The translations under genes were made by a program, and so were the position numbers. A stretch of 64,000 bases of DNA from Candidatus Margulisiibacteriota bacterium (GTDB taxonomy: Bacteria; Margulisbacteria; Termititenacia; Termititenacales; Termititenacaceae): the NCBI GenBank assembly GCA_031274525.1, contig JAISQA010000077.1, forward strand, positions 1,194 through 65,193, given 5' to 3'. Shown piece after piece: positions 47,276 through 55,089 of the stretch. Every line of letters begins with the position of its first letter. Position 1 is the first letter of the stretch. A model generated the notes under the pieces. The model had not been told where the DNA came from. It made no database searches and was given only the letters and a program-made list of their open reading frames with translations.

Positions 47276-47434
47276 GCCTCGCTGACGCGAGGCAGGACAG
47301 TACAGTTAACCTAAAATATCTTCAAACGAAGAAACTTTCTGTTAACACATACTGTCCGTTACGGCAAAACCATATCTCCAAGCACAACGCGAAGCGTTGT
47401 GCTTGGAGAGCCGGTACAGTTCACAGGAAATATC
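47276..47434. repeat. structured repeat module: two GC hairpins each followed by a GTACAGTT..AAATATC unit, plus an imperfect inverted repeat (GGACAGTACAGTTAAC / GTTAACACATACTGTCC)
   Basis: Hairpin 47276..47293 (GCCTCGC-TGAC-GCGAGGC) and hairpin 47376..47408 (15-bp perfect stem). Units at 47294..47320 and 47409..47434. Inverted-repeat arms at 47296..47310 and 47341..47357. Confidence 0.3.
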
Positions 47435-47464
47435 ATTTAACGCAATAACTATCCAGCAATCAAG

Positions 47465-47792
47465 TTAACAATACGGCAGCCCGGTAAGCCGGGTTCTGTT
47501 TTGCAGACGATCATTTATCTAGGCCGGACGTTGCCGTCCGGCTCAAGCAAGCAACCCGGAACTGCTAACGAGGCGGGCGCTCTCGTCCCCTATTTGCTCT
47601 TGCTCCGCGCAGAGTTTACCTCTTTTCACTACAGCACTTTTTACAAAGCCTGTACATCGTCTCTGTGGCACTGGTCCTCGCCTTTTGGCTTACGCCCACG
47701 GCGGACGGCCGTTAGCCGCTGCGCTGCCCGCAGGAGCCCGGACTTTCCTCGGCGGCAATAAAATGCCAACGCGATCGTCCCGGTCTGCCGCA
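47465..47792 (-). ncRNA. rnpB: RNase P RNA (bacterial type A, compact)
   Basis: The minus strand contains the universally conserved P4 strands GAGGAAAGTCCGGGCTCC (revcomp of about 47737..47754) and ACAGAACCCGGCTTACC near the 3' end (revcomp of about 47474..47492). It also has GGCCTAGATAAATGA, which matches E. coli GGCCUAGAUGAAUGA. P1 is inferred as CGGCAG/CTGCCG. The 5' and 3' ends are approximate. Confidence 0.85.
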
Positions 47793-47958
47793 AGAAGAAG
47801 TATAGCACTAAAATAACTTCAGGGAATATCCACGGTCTAGAATAATATTTTACCGGAGTGCGTTTTGGCTCAAACTTAACACCCCTGGCCTGTCGCCTGC
47901 GGGTACCTCCTCCGCGGCTTGCAACTGCATGCGGCATCCAGCCGCCGCGACAGGGGGA

Positions 47959-48336
47959 TTATCTGACTATCCTGTACAGATCCGCCGTCTGAATAGTCCG
48001 GTCGTAAAAATAAATGCCGGCATATTCCAGCAAACAAACCGCCAGCGCGCCCGCCGCCGCCAGTATTTCCGGCGCACCGGCCCTCAACAGCACGCTCAGT
48101 CCAGCTATTAAAGTCAGCAGGGGCAGGATTATCAGCAAACCCAGCGCGCGCCAGAAATATACAGCATTGAGCTCCACCTGCACGATCCGGCCTCTGGCGT
48201 ATTTGCGGCGGGTTTTGATCACCAGTTTGTCCGCTCCGGGCCGGCAGACTTTGCAGCCGCCGCAGTCTCGCGGCGGGCAGGTTTCCAGTTCCAAGCCGGT
48301 TTTGGTTTGCCGGATAACTCTAGCCTGAATTAACAC
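47959..48336 (-). CDS. RseC/MucC-family small membrane protein
   Basis: N-terminal CGGCKVC motif followed by two TM helices. Length 125 aa. It overlaps the upstream phosphomutase gene by 7 nt. Confidence 0.45.
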   Translation of the reverse strand: MLIQARVIRQTKTGLELETCPPRDCGGCKVCRPGADKLVIKTRRKYARGRIVQVELNAVYFWRALGLLIILPLLTLIAGLSVLLRAGAPEILAAAGALAVCLLEYAGIYFYDRTIQTADLYRIVR

Positions 48337-49721
48337 TGCCGCGCCAATTGTCCAGCCGCAGCCAGCAGACGCGCCACTTCGGCATCTGACGCCGCCTCGC
48401 AGTAGATCCGCAGCAGCGGCTCGGTGCCGGAAGCCCGGAACAAAATCCAGCTGTCATCGGTAAAATGTATTTTAAGGCCGTCCAGTTCTTCTTTATTCTT
48501 TACGGATTTGCCCAGAAATTCCGCCGGTAAATCTTCTGCCAGAATTTGCCCTATCTTTTCTTTCTGCGCGTTGTCCAGCCGCAGATCCAGCCGGTCATAG
48601 CGGTGCGCGCCAAATCTCGCTTCCAGACCGGCGTAGATTTGCTCCAGAGTTTTCCGCTCCGCCGCCGCCACCTCGCAAAGATACAGCGAATTTAAAATGC
48701 CGTCGCGGTCGGGAATATTGCCGGAGGCCGCATAACCGCCGGACTCCTCGCCGCCCAGCAGCACGCCGCCGCGCAGGATCTCCCCGGCGATATACTTAAA
48801 GCCTATTTTGGTCACGCTCACTTCCCGGCCGAGACCGGCCGCCAGTTTGTCCAGCAGCTTCGTGCCGTTGAAAGCATGCACCAGCTTGCCCGGCTTTTGC
48901 AGATTTTCGGCAAAGTGGTGGAAGAGCACCGCAAAAACTTTCTGCGAATTAATGAACTGGCCGTCGCTGCCGCAGGCGCCGTTGCGGTCGGCGTCGCCGT
49001 CCAGCACCAGACCTATGGCAAAATCCTGCCCCGCGCTCTGGATAGCCGCCATAAAATCCGGCACATTGCAGGCCAGCGGTTCCGGATTGAAACCGCCGAA
49101 TTTAGTATCGCGCTGAGCGTTCATCTCCACACTTGCGATGCCGTGCCGCGCCAGAATAGTGGAGAGATAACCGGAGCCGGAGCCGTAAAGCGGATCAATA
49201 AAAATCCGCAGGCCGCTTTTCTGGATCCCGGCAAAGTCAATGCGCTGCTCGACATATTGAAAATACTTCTCGCGCGGATCGTACAGCTCAACTTTACCGC
49301 CTTTTTTAACCGGATTTTTATCGAGGAACCGCATTATGCCGTCTGTCGTTTCCGGGAAAGAGGAACAGCCCTGCGGCTCTTTGACCTTGAAGCCGTTGTA
49401 CTGCGGCGGATTGTGCGAGGCGGTGATCATCACGCCGGAAGCCAGCCCCCGCTCGCGCACCACAAAAGAGACGACCTGGGTCGGACAGGCAGCGGCGGAC
49501 AAAAAAACCGGATAGCCGCTGGCCGCGATGATCTCCGCGGCTGTCCGGGCGAACACTTCGGAATTGGCGCGGCAGTCATAGCCGACAAAAAAACCTTTAT
49601 CCGCCGTGCCCAGCCCGCGGTAATAATCCACATAAGCCTGCGCCACGCGCTCCACATTGGCCGGAGAAAAATCCCCGTCCATGGTGTCCCGCCAGCCGTC
49701 CGTGCCGAATTTTACAGGCAT
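48330..49721 (-). CDS. alpha-D-phosphohexomutase (phosphoglucomutase/phosphomannomutase/GlmM-like)
   Basis: N-terminal FGTDGWRD, active-site Ser loop TASHNPPQYNGFK, metal-binding DGDADR and sugar-binding GEESGG. Confidence 0.8.
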   Translation of the reverse strand: MPVKFGTDGWRDTMDGDFSPANVERVAQAYVDYYRGLGTADKGFFVGYDCRANSEVFARTAAEIIAASGYPVFLSAAACPTQVVSFVVRERGLASGVMITASHNPPQYNGFKVKEPQGCSSFPETTDGIMRFLDKNPVKKGGKVELYDPREKYFQYVEQRIDFAGIQKSGLRIFIDPLYGSGSGYLSTILARHGIASVEMNAQRDTKFGGFNPEPLACNVPDFMAAIQSAGQDFAIGLVLDGDADRNGACGSDGQFINSQKVFAVLFHHFAENLQKPGKLVHAFNGTKLLDKLAAGLGREVSVTKIGFKYIAGEILRGGVLLGGEESGGYAASGNIPDRDGILNSLYLCEVAAAERKTLEQIYAGLEARFGAHRYDRLDLRLDNAQKEKIGQILAEDLPAEFLGKSVKNKEELDGLKIHFTDDSWILFRASGTEPLLRIYCEAASDAEVARLLAAAGQLARQC

Positions 49722-49739
49722 CGCCCGGCGCTCCCCGGT

Positions 49740-50939
49740 CTAAAGCTGGCGCAGATAGTCAAGGGCATACTGCAATTGCACATCTTTTTCCTCGCTGTAT
49801 TTGTAATCCGGATCGTTCAGCGCTTCCTCTATGGAGGCGGTCGGAATCTCCACGACAAAATTCGGCGAAATGCCGACTTTGTTGATGTCCGTGCCGTCCG
49901 GGGTCAGATACTTGGCGACAGTCACGAGTATCGCCGAGCCGTCGGACAGCGGCCGGATATTCTGCACCGAAGCCTTGCCAAAAGACTGCGTGCCGACCAG
50001 CTGGCCGCGGCCGTTATTTGCCACCGCGCCGGCCAGTATCTCCGACGCCGACGCCGAACCGCCGTTGATCAGAATGACCAGCGGTTTGGTATACCATTGA
50101 TAATCCACAGCCACGGACTGAAAGGTTTCTTTGTTGCCGTAACGATCGACCGTATGCACGATCTCGCCGTTCTGGATAAATATAGACGAAATAGCGATCG
50201 CCTCATCCAGCAGGCCGCCGCCGTTGTTGCGCAGATCCAGGATCAGCCGCTGCAGGCCTTTTTTCTCCAGACCCTGAATAGCCTCGACCAATTCAGCATA
50301 AGTCAGCTTGCTTTCAAAAGTAGACAGCATAATATAACCGATCTTGTTTTTTTCATCGAGCATTTTCTGGCGGTACACGGATTTGATCTTGATATTGTCG
50401 CGCACCAGCGTGTAGTCTTTGGCTTTTTCATTGAGATTGCGCAGCACCAGCAGGGTGACTTTGGTGCCCTTGGGGCCGCGGATCAGCGACACCGCCTGCT
50501 CCAGCGACATATCCTCGGTGGACTTGCCGTTGATTTCCAGTATCCGGTCACCGGTTTTAAAGCCCGCCCGATCCGCCGGTGTGTCCTCGATCGGCGCGAT
50601 GACGGTCAGCACACTGTCTTTCATGCCGATCTGGATGCCGATGCCGGCAAAGTTGCCGTTGAGATGCGTCTGCATATCCGCATAGCCTTCCGGATCGACA
50701 AAACGGGTATAAGGATCATCCAGCGCGCGCAGCATACCGCGGATCGAGCCGTAGATCAGCTTGTCATCCTTGACCTCCGTCTCGACGAACTGCGTGCGCA
50801 CAATACTCAGCGCCTGATAAAGCAGTCCCCAGGTGGCGTCCACGCGTGCGGCCGCCAAAAACTGCACGCTCAAACCCAGTACAAAGGCCAGCACGCAGCA
50901 GATAACCGCCGCCGATATTTTAATTTTAGGTTTCAACAT
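49740..50939 (-). CDS. ctpA: carboxyl-terminal processing protease (S41, CtpA) with PDZ domain
   Basis: Signal/anchor sequence, PDZ (GDRILEINGKSTE) and the S41 catalytic region (GGSASASEI ... K). Confidence 0.85.
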   Translation of the reverse strand: MLKPKIKISAAVICCVLAFVLGLSVQFLAAARVDATWGLLYQALSIVRTQFVETEVKDDKLIYGSIRGMLRALDDPYTRFVDPEGYADMQTHLNGNFAGIGIQIGMKDSVLTVIAPIEDTPADRAGFKTGDRILEINGKSTEDMSLEQAVSLIRGPKGTKVTLLVLRNLNEKAKDYTLVRDNIKIKSVYRQKMLDEKNKIGYIMLSTFESKLTYAELVEAIQGLEKKGLQRLILDLRNNGGGLLDEAIAISSIFIQNGEIVHTVDRYGNKETFQSVAVDYQWYTKPLVILINGGSASASEILAGAVANNGRGQLVGTQSFGKASVQNIRPLSDGSAILVTVAKYLTPDGTDINKVGISPNFVVEIPTASIEEALNDPDYKYSEEKDVQLQYALDYLRQL

Positions 50940-50965
50940 AATGGTACTATTCTAACATACTAAGG

Positions 50966-52078
50966 CTAGGGCAGATACTGCTGGGGGTTGACAGTCTCGC
51001 CATTTAGCCGCACTTCAAAATGCAGATGCGGGCCGGTGGCATAGCCGGTGGCTCCTACATTGCCGATAGTCTGGCCTTTGTTGACTTTTTCGCCTTTTTT
51101 GACCTCTTGTTTGGACATATGGGCGTACAGCGTGGAATAACCGCGGCCGTGATCCAGAATCACACAACGGCCGTAGCCGCCCCACCAGTCAGAATAAGTC
51201 ACCACTCCGGAATCCGCGGCCTTGATCGGCGTGCCGTGCGCCACGCCGATATCCAGCCCGGTGTGCATCTTGGCTACTTTGAAGATCGGATGCACTCGCT
51301 TGCCGTACAGCGAGGTGATGACCCCGCGCACCGGCCAGATATATTTACCGGAGCCGCGCGCTTCCGCCCGGGGATTTTCCAGGATCATTTTCTTGAGCAT
51401 CGCTTCGACTTCCTGAGAATTTTTCAGCAGGCTGTCCGCTTCTCTTTCGTATTTGAGACGCTCGGCGCGCAGCGAGGCATGCAGCTGCTCCTGACGCCTG
51501 GTCCTCTGCTCATAGAGCTGTTTTTGCTGTTCAATGCTTTTTTTGGTCGATTCGATAATATTTTTCTGATATTCCAGATTTTCTTTTTTACGCGCGATGT
51601 CCTGCTTGATCGAACGCACCTGTTCCAGATTTTGCAGATCGCGCCCCAGCAGCCGACGGTAATAATAGGTATTCTCTACCAGACTGGAAAAAGAACGGTT
51701 GGTCAGCAGCAAAGTCAGCCAGCCCAGATCCTGAGTCTTGTACATTTCCCGGATACGCAGCCGGCTCAGGCTCAAACGCCGCCGGTACTCCGCGTCATTG
51801 CGGTTTAATTCTTCGCTGGTCTGCTGCAGCACCTGCGTATGCTGGGTTAATTTTTGCTGATTGTATTTCAGCTCATTCTGGACTTTGTTCAGACTGCGGC
51901 TGAGCAGGGTCAGGTCGCGCAGCGAAGCGTTTTCTTTGACCTTAGTCTGCTGGAGCAGGCGCTGATTGCGCTGAAGCTCTGACTGCAAACGCTGCAGTTC
52001 TTTTTGTTTGTCGGCGATGCTGTCCGCCGGCGCCAGCGCCAGAAGCAGACTGAACAGCAATAAAACCCGGAACAGCAA
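50966..52078 (-). CDS. M23-family peptidase with N-terminal coiled coil (EnvC/murein hydrolase activator-like), secreted
   Basis: C-terminal M23 motifs (HTGLDIG..G.PI.A...G.V; H.H). The long coiled coil is rich in Q/L/R. I take the start at TTG 52078 (MLFRVLLLFSLLLALAPA signal peptide), which has a GGGGGGG Shine-Dalgarno 6 nt upstream. The ORF-track start at 52165 runs through the att-like repeat. Confidence 0.7.
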   Translation of the reverse strand: MLFRVLLLFSLLLALAPADSIADKQKELQRLQSELQRNQRLLQQTKVKENASLRDLTLLSRSLNKVQNELKYNQQKLTQHTQVLQQTSEELNRNDAEYRRRLSLSRLRIREMYKTQDLGWLTLLLTNRSFSSLVENTYYYRRLLGRDLQNLEQVRSIKQDIARKKENLEYQKNIIESTKKSIEQQKQLYEQRTRRQEQLHASLRAERLKYEREADSLLKNSQEVEAMLKKMILENPRAEARGSGKYIWPVRGVITSLYGKRVHPIFKVAKMHTGLDIGVAHGTPIKAADSGVVTYSDWWGGYGRCVILDHGRGYSTLYAHMSKQEVKKGEKVNKGQTIGNVGATGYATGPHLHFEVRLNGETVNPQQYLP

Positions 52079-52128
52079 ACTAATCCCCCCCTGTATGCTT
52101 CCGCAGGCCGGACCCGCCGGCTGTCCAT

Positions 52129-52157
52129 AGCACACTAAGTGCCGAAGGCCGGACTCG
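52129..52157. repeat. 29-bp direct repeat copy 1, identical to the 3' 18 nt of tRNA-Leu plus 11 nt of flank (att-like)
   Basis: AGCACACTAAGTGCCGAAGGCCGGACTCG matches 52320..52348 perfectly. Confidence 0.85.
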
Positions 52158-52319
52158 CCGCTCATCTCGCCTGCCGGACGGCAGGCTTCGCTCGCGGGCG
52201 GGTCTCGCTGACTTTGCCTGTAGCAAAGCCAGCTCCGACTGTTCGAGTCCAGCCGCAGACAGCCACAGGCTGCCTGCTTCAGGTACTATTCTTCAAAACC
52301 ACAGGTTAAATCTTAACAC

Positions 52320-52348
52320 AAGCACACTAAGTGCCGAAGGCCGGACTC
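52320..52348. repeat. 29-bp direct repeat copy 2 (overlaps the tRNA-Leu 3' end)
   Basis: Same 29-mer. Positions 52331..52348 are the tRNA T-arm/acceptor 3' strand. Confidence 0.85.
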
Positions 52349-52418
52349 GAACCGGCACGGGCGTTTGACTTCCCTCAGGATTTTAAGTCCTGTGTGTCTA
52401 CCAATTCCACCACTTCGG
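52331..52418 (-). tRNA. tRNA-Leu (anticodon UAA), class II with long variable arm, CCA not encoded
   Basis: Minus-strand sequence GCCGAAG-TG-GTG-GAATTGGTAGA-CAC-A-CAGGA-CTTAAAA-TCCTG-(19-nt variable arm)-GCCGG-TTCGAGT-CCGGC-CTTCGGC-A. Length 88 nt. Confidence 0.85.
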
Positions 52419-52434
52419 CGCGAAACTTCTGGCC

Positions 52435-52920
52435 CTACTCGTCCCGGCGTTTTTTCTGGCCTTTGCGTCTGGAGCCCTGACGGTACTGGAGATTGCGCCG
52501 CACATCCAGCTGCACTTCCTCGCTGGTTTTCATAAAATTGTGCATCAGCTCGTCAAAAGAACCCGGTTCGAAATTTTTGTCCCGCCGTTTGCCGCCGCCG
52601 TCCTCCGCGCGGGCAGTATACTGCGGCGCCGGGGCGGGATTGGCCTGTTTGATCGAGAGGTCGTATTTGCCCTTGTTGTTTTTACCCAGGACACGCACGG
52701 TGATCTCTTGATTCAGTTTGACAAAATTATCAATATTCGTCACATAGGTATTGGCGATCTCGGAAATGTGCACCAGCCCTTCCCGCCCGTCCGGCAGCCG
52801 GACAAAAGCGCCAAAACTGGTAATGCCGGTCACCGTGCCTTTTAATAATTCTCCGGGGGAATACTCTCTTGCTTCCGCGTTTTCCGCGGTATTCTGCTCG
52901 GCCATTGTGTTAAAACTCAA
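52435..52920 (-). CDS. S1 domain RNA-binding protein (general stress protein 13/YugI-like)
   Basis: S1 motif GTVTGITSFGAFVRLPDGREGLVHISEI...VRVLG with a basic C-terminal tail. Confidence 0.7.
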   Translation of the reverse strand: MSFNTMAEQNTAENAEAREYSPGELLKGTVTGITSFGAFVRLPDGREGLVHISEIANTYVTNIDNFVKLNQEITVRVLGKNNKGKYDLSIKQANPAPAPQYTARAEDGGGKRRDKNFEPGSFDELMHNFMKTSEEVQLDVRRNLQYRQGSRRKGQKKRRDE

Positions 52921-53198
52921 TCCTCCTCAATAATCTTGTACGCCGTCTCGCCGGGCTTGACCAGCCCCAGACGGTCGCGCGCGTTTAATTCAATAAATTC
53001 GTCGCTCTGCGCTTCGGTCAGGCTGAGCTTCAGCTCCTCATTGCGCCTGGTCATCGCGGCATATCGGGCTTCCAGCGCCGCATAACGCCGCAGCACCGCG
53101 CGGTTACGCGCAAAACCATTCAGCAGAGCATAACCAATATACAGGATGAATAACCCCAGAGCAAAAACAAAAAGCCTTCTTTTGACATATATATTCAT
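52917..53198 (-). CDS. septum formation initiator FtsB/DivIC-family protein
   Basis: N-terminal TM helix and coiled coil, with the C-terminal motif DE.IE..AR..LGLVKPGE. Confidence 0.7.
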   Translation of the reverse strand: MNIYVKRRLFVFALGLFILYIGYALLNGFARNRAVLRRYAALEARYAAMTRRNEELKLSLTEAQSDEFIELNARDRLGLVKPGETAYKIIEED

Positions 53199-53474
53199 CC
53201 CTGAACCGGATGATTATACCAATATACAGCCGGAATTGCTACAACCGCCGGGACTAACCCCAGATAGCCGGGTTTTTTTCGGAGGAGCCCTTGACCGCCG
53301 CCGTTTTGCTCAGACCCAGAGAAAAAGGCAGTAAGCAAGCGGATAGAAAAGCCAGCGCCTTAAAATTCTTGATCAAAGACCGTCTTTTTCGCGTATCCAC
53401 CTGGATTTTTTTCATAATGCCTCCCTCACGCCCATTTTAACTCGCTTTTGCTGTCCTTGTCAATTTTTTTGTCT

Positions 53475-54266
53475 TCAATTCCAGACCGCGCCAAAGACAC
53501 CCTGGCCAGCAGCTGTGGCATAAGAATCACTACCCACTTTGTCCAGTACTTTAATATCCCCCGACACACGCATAGTTCCGCTTGATAACATATTTCCGTT
53601 CACCACCAGCTTGGCCGCGGCTAGATTGCCAGTGGCCACCGTATCATCACCACTTTTACTAAAAGTACCCAGCGCCACATTTCCGGAGACCACCAGCCCG
53701 TTTTTCGCATTGACAGGTGTCACGGCCTGAAACTTTTGGCCAATCTTGAGCGTGTTTATTTCCGCCTTACTATCACCAATAGCCTGATAATACAGCCCCC
53801 GCACCGCCAGGGCATAAGTTACGGCATTGAGCTGCACTCTGGGCAGCAGCATATTGGCCGTAGTGTTTAAGTGCGTGGTCGAATCAGGTGGAGCATACCC
53901 GCTTGCTTGCCACGACATCTTGGTTTTGTCCCTCTCCGAATAAACTTCGACCCAGACATCGCCGCCAGCGTTCAGGACACTATTCAGGGCTTTAAAAGCA
54001 GCAGGCGTAAATTTGAACTTGGTAGCATATTGCCCGTTGTACACGGCCACCTTGCGGGGGGATTCAACGCCATTATAGAGTTCTTTGACCCCGTCAATAG
54101 TGTCATAAAATTTGAAACCCATAGCCACGGTACCAAAATAAGGCCGTCCGGCGTTGTCGGTCAGATAACCTTGAAAGAGGATCGAGTCACTCGTGCGGGC
54201 TGGCTCGGCACAGGAAAGCGGCACCGCCAGTAAAAAAACAATAAAAATTATTCTCCATTTTTGCAT
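53475..54266 (-). CDS. secreted hypothetical protein (paralog A; fibre/adhesin-like beta-rich)
   Basis: Signal peptide MQKWRIIFIVFLLAVPLSCA. FQGYLTDNAGRPYFG and PRVQLNAVTYALAVRGLYY motifs are shared with the upstream paralog. It is Gly/Ser/Thr/Asn-rich. Confidence 0.45.
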   Translation of the reverse strand: MQKWRIIFIVFLLAVPLSCAEPARTSDSILFQGYLTDNAGRPYFGTVAMGFKFYDTIDGVKELYNGVESPRKVAVYNGQYATKFKFTPAAFKALNSVLNAGGDVWVEVYSERDKTKMSWQASGYAPPDSTTHLNTTANMLLPRVQLNAVTYALAVRGLYYQAIGDSKAEINTLKIGQKFQAVTPVNAKNGLVVSGNVALGTFSKSGDDTVATGNLAAAKLVVNGNMLSSGTMRVSGDIKVLDKVGSDSYATAAGQGVFGAVWN

Positions 54267-54282
54267 AAGTTCACCTGTTATT

Positions 54283-54984
54283 TTAGTCCCATTTAACGTT
54301 ATAGACTCTATCGGCATATATCGTGTTGGCGGTTATGTTATAGCCGTTGTCTACCAGTATAGCTATATTGGTAGTCACGCCCGAGTTAGCGGTGGTTACG
54401 TGCAGCATCGCGCCCTCAGGATTACTTGTGCCAACGCCGACAGGGCCCTCGACGATCATGCCTTGTGCTGCCGCCTGGCTGCTTGAAGTTTTATAGCTTT
54501 CTCCCACGCGCAGTATGCTGCCAGAAGTATTGAAGTACACACCCCGGGCGGCAAAGGCCACCGGCACGGCCATAATCTGCATGCGGGGGGAGAGTTTATA
54601 GGAGGGATCGCCTTTAAGGGTATTTTCATCGATATCGCCTTTACCTACATATACCTGTAAAAAAAATCCATCCGTATTATTTCTATTGAGCTCGTCTATG
54701 TCTGCATCGGTTAAGACAAAGGACAGGGTATAGCTGCCATTAGCAATATTTAATTTTTGAGAAACTGCCTTGCCGCCCAAAAGCAGATTGCCATTGGCAT
54801 TGGCCGAGACATGATCGTACAGCTGGGCATATGTGGAAATTTTTCCCGAATAAGGGCTGCCATCCGCATTACTGAGCGTACCCTGAAAGTCTATGCGCTT
54901 GGTATCCGCGGATAAAAAAGCGCAAAGCGCCAGTAAGATAACCGAATATCGCATCCCCATCCCCCCAAAACGATAATATAACAT
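54283..54984 (-). CDS. secreted hypothetical protein (paralog B)
   Basis: Signal peptide MRYSVILLALCAFLSA. It carries the DFQGTLSNADGSPYSG and PRMQIMAVPVAFAARGVYF motifs. Confidence 0.45.
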   Translation of the reverse strand: MLYYRFGGMGMRYSVILLALCAFLSADTKRIDFQGTLSNADGSPYSGKISTYAQLYDHVSANANGNLLLGGKAVSQKLNIANGSYTLSFVLTDADIDELNRNNTDGFFLQVYVGKGDIDENTLKGDPSYKLSPRMQIMAVPVAFAARGVYFNTSGSILRVGESYKTSSSQAAAQGMIVEGPVGVGTSNPEGAMLHVTTANSGVTTNIAILVDNGYNITANTIYADRVYNVKWD

Positions 54985-55089
54985 AGTCCTCCCTGCTGTG
55001 TCATATATATCGGCTCAATAGCCGTTTATTATGCATCGATTGTTTGTGTTGTTTGTGTTATTCAGGATTTGCATATAAAATACTGCGCT

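Noticed and set aside
48876-50963. 695-aa plus-strand ORF spanning the phosphomutase and ctpA genes
   Set aside because: It is antisense to two minus-strand genes with clear conserved motifs (TASHNP, PDZ/S41). Long antisense ORFs are expected in 60% GC DNA, and this one has no recognisable motifs.
52158-52319. Possible degraded tRNA fragment (TTCGAGTCC T-loop-like motif) between the two att-like repeats
   Set aside because: The flanking bases do not form a T-stem or acceptor pairing. The motif alone is too short to support a call.
55041-55060. Tandem TGTTTGTGT x2 upstream of ileS as a possible riboswitch or T-box
   Set aside because: The leader is only about 100 nt, far too short for a T-box, and no specifier or T-box motif is present. 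It is probably just promoter-region sequence.
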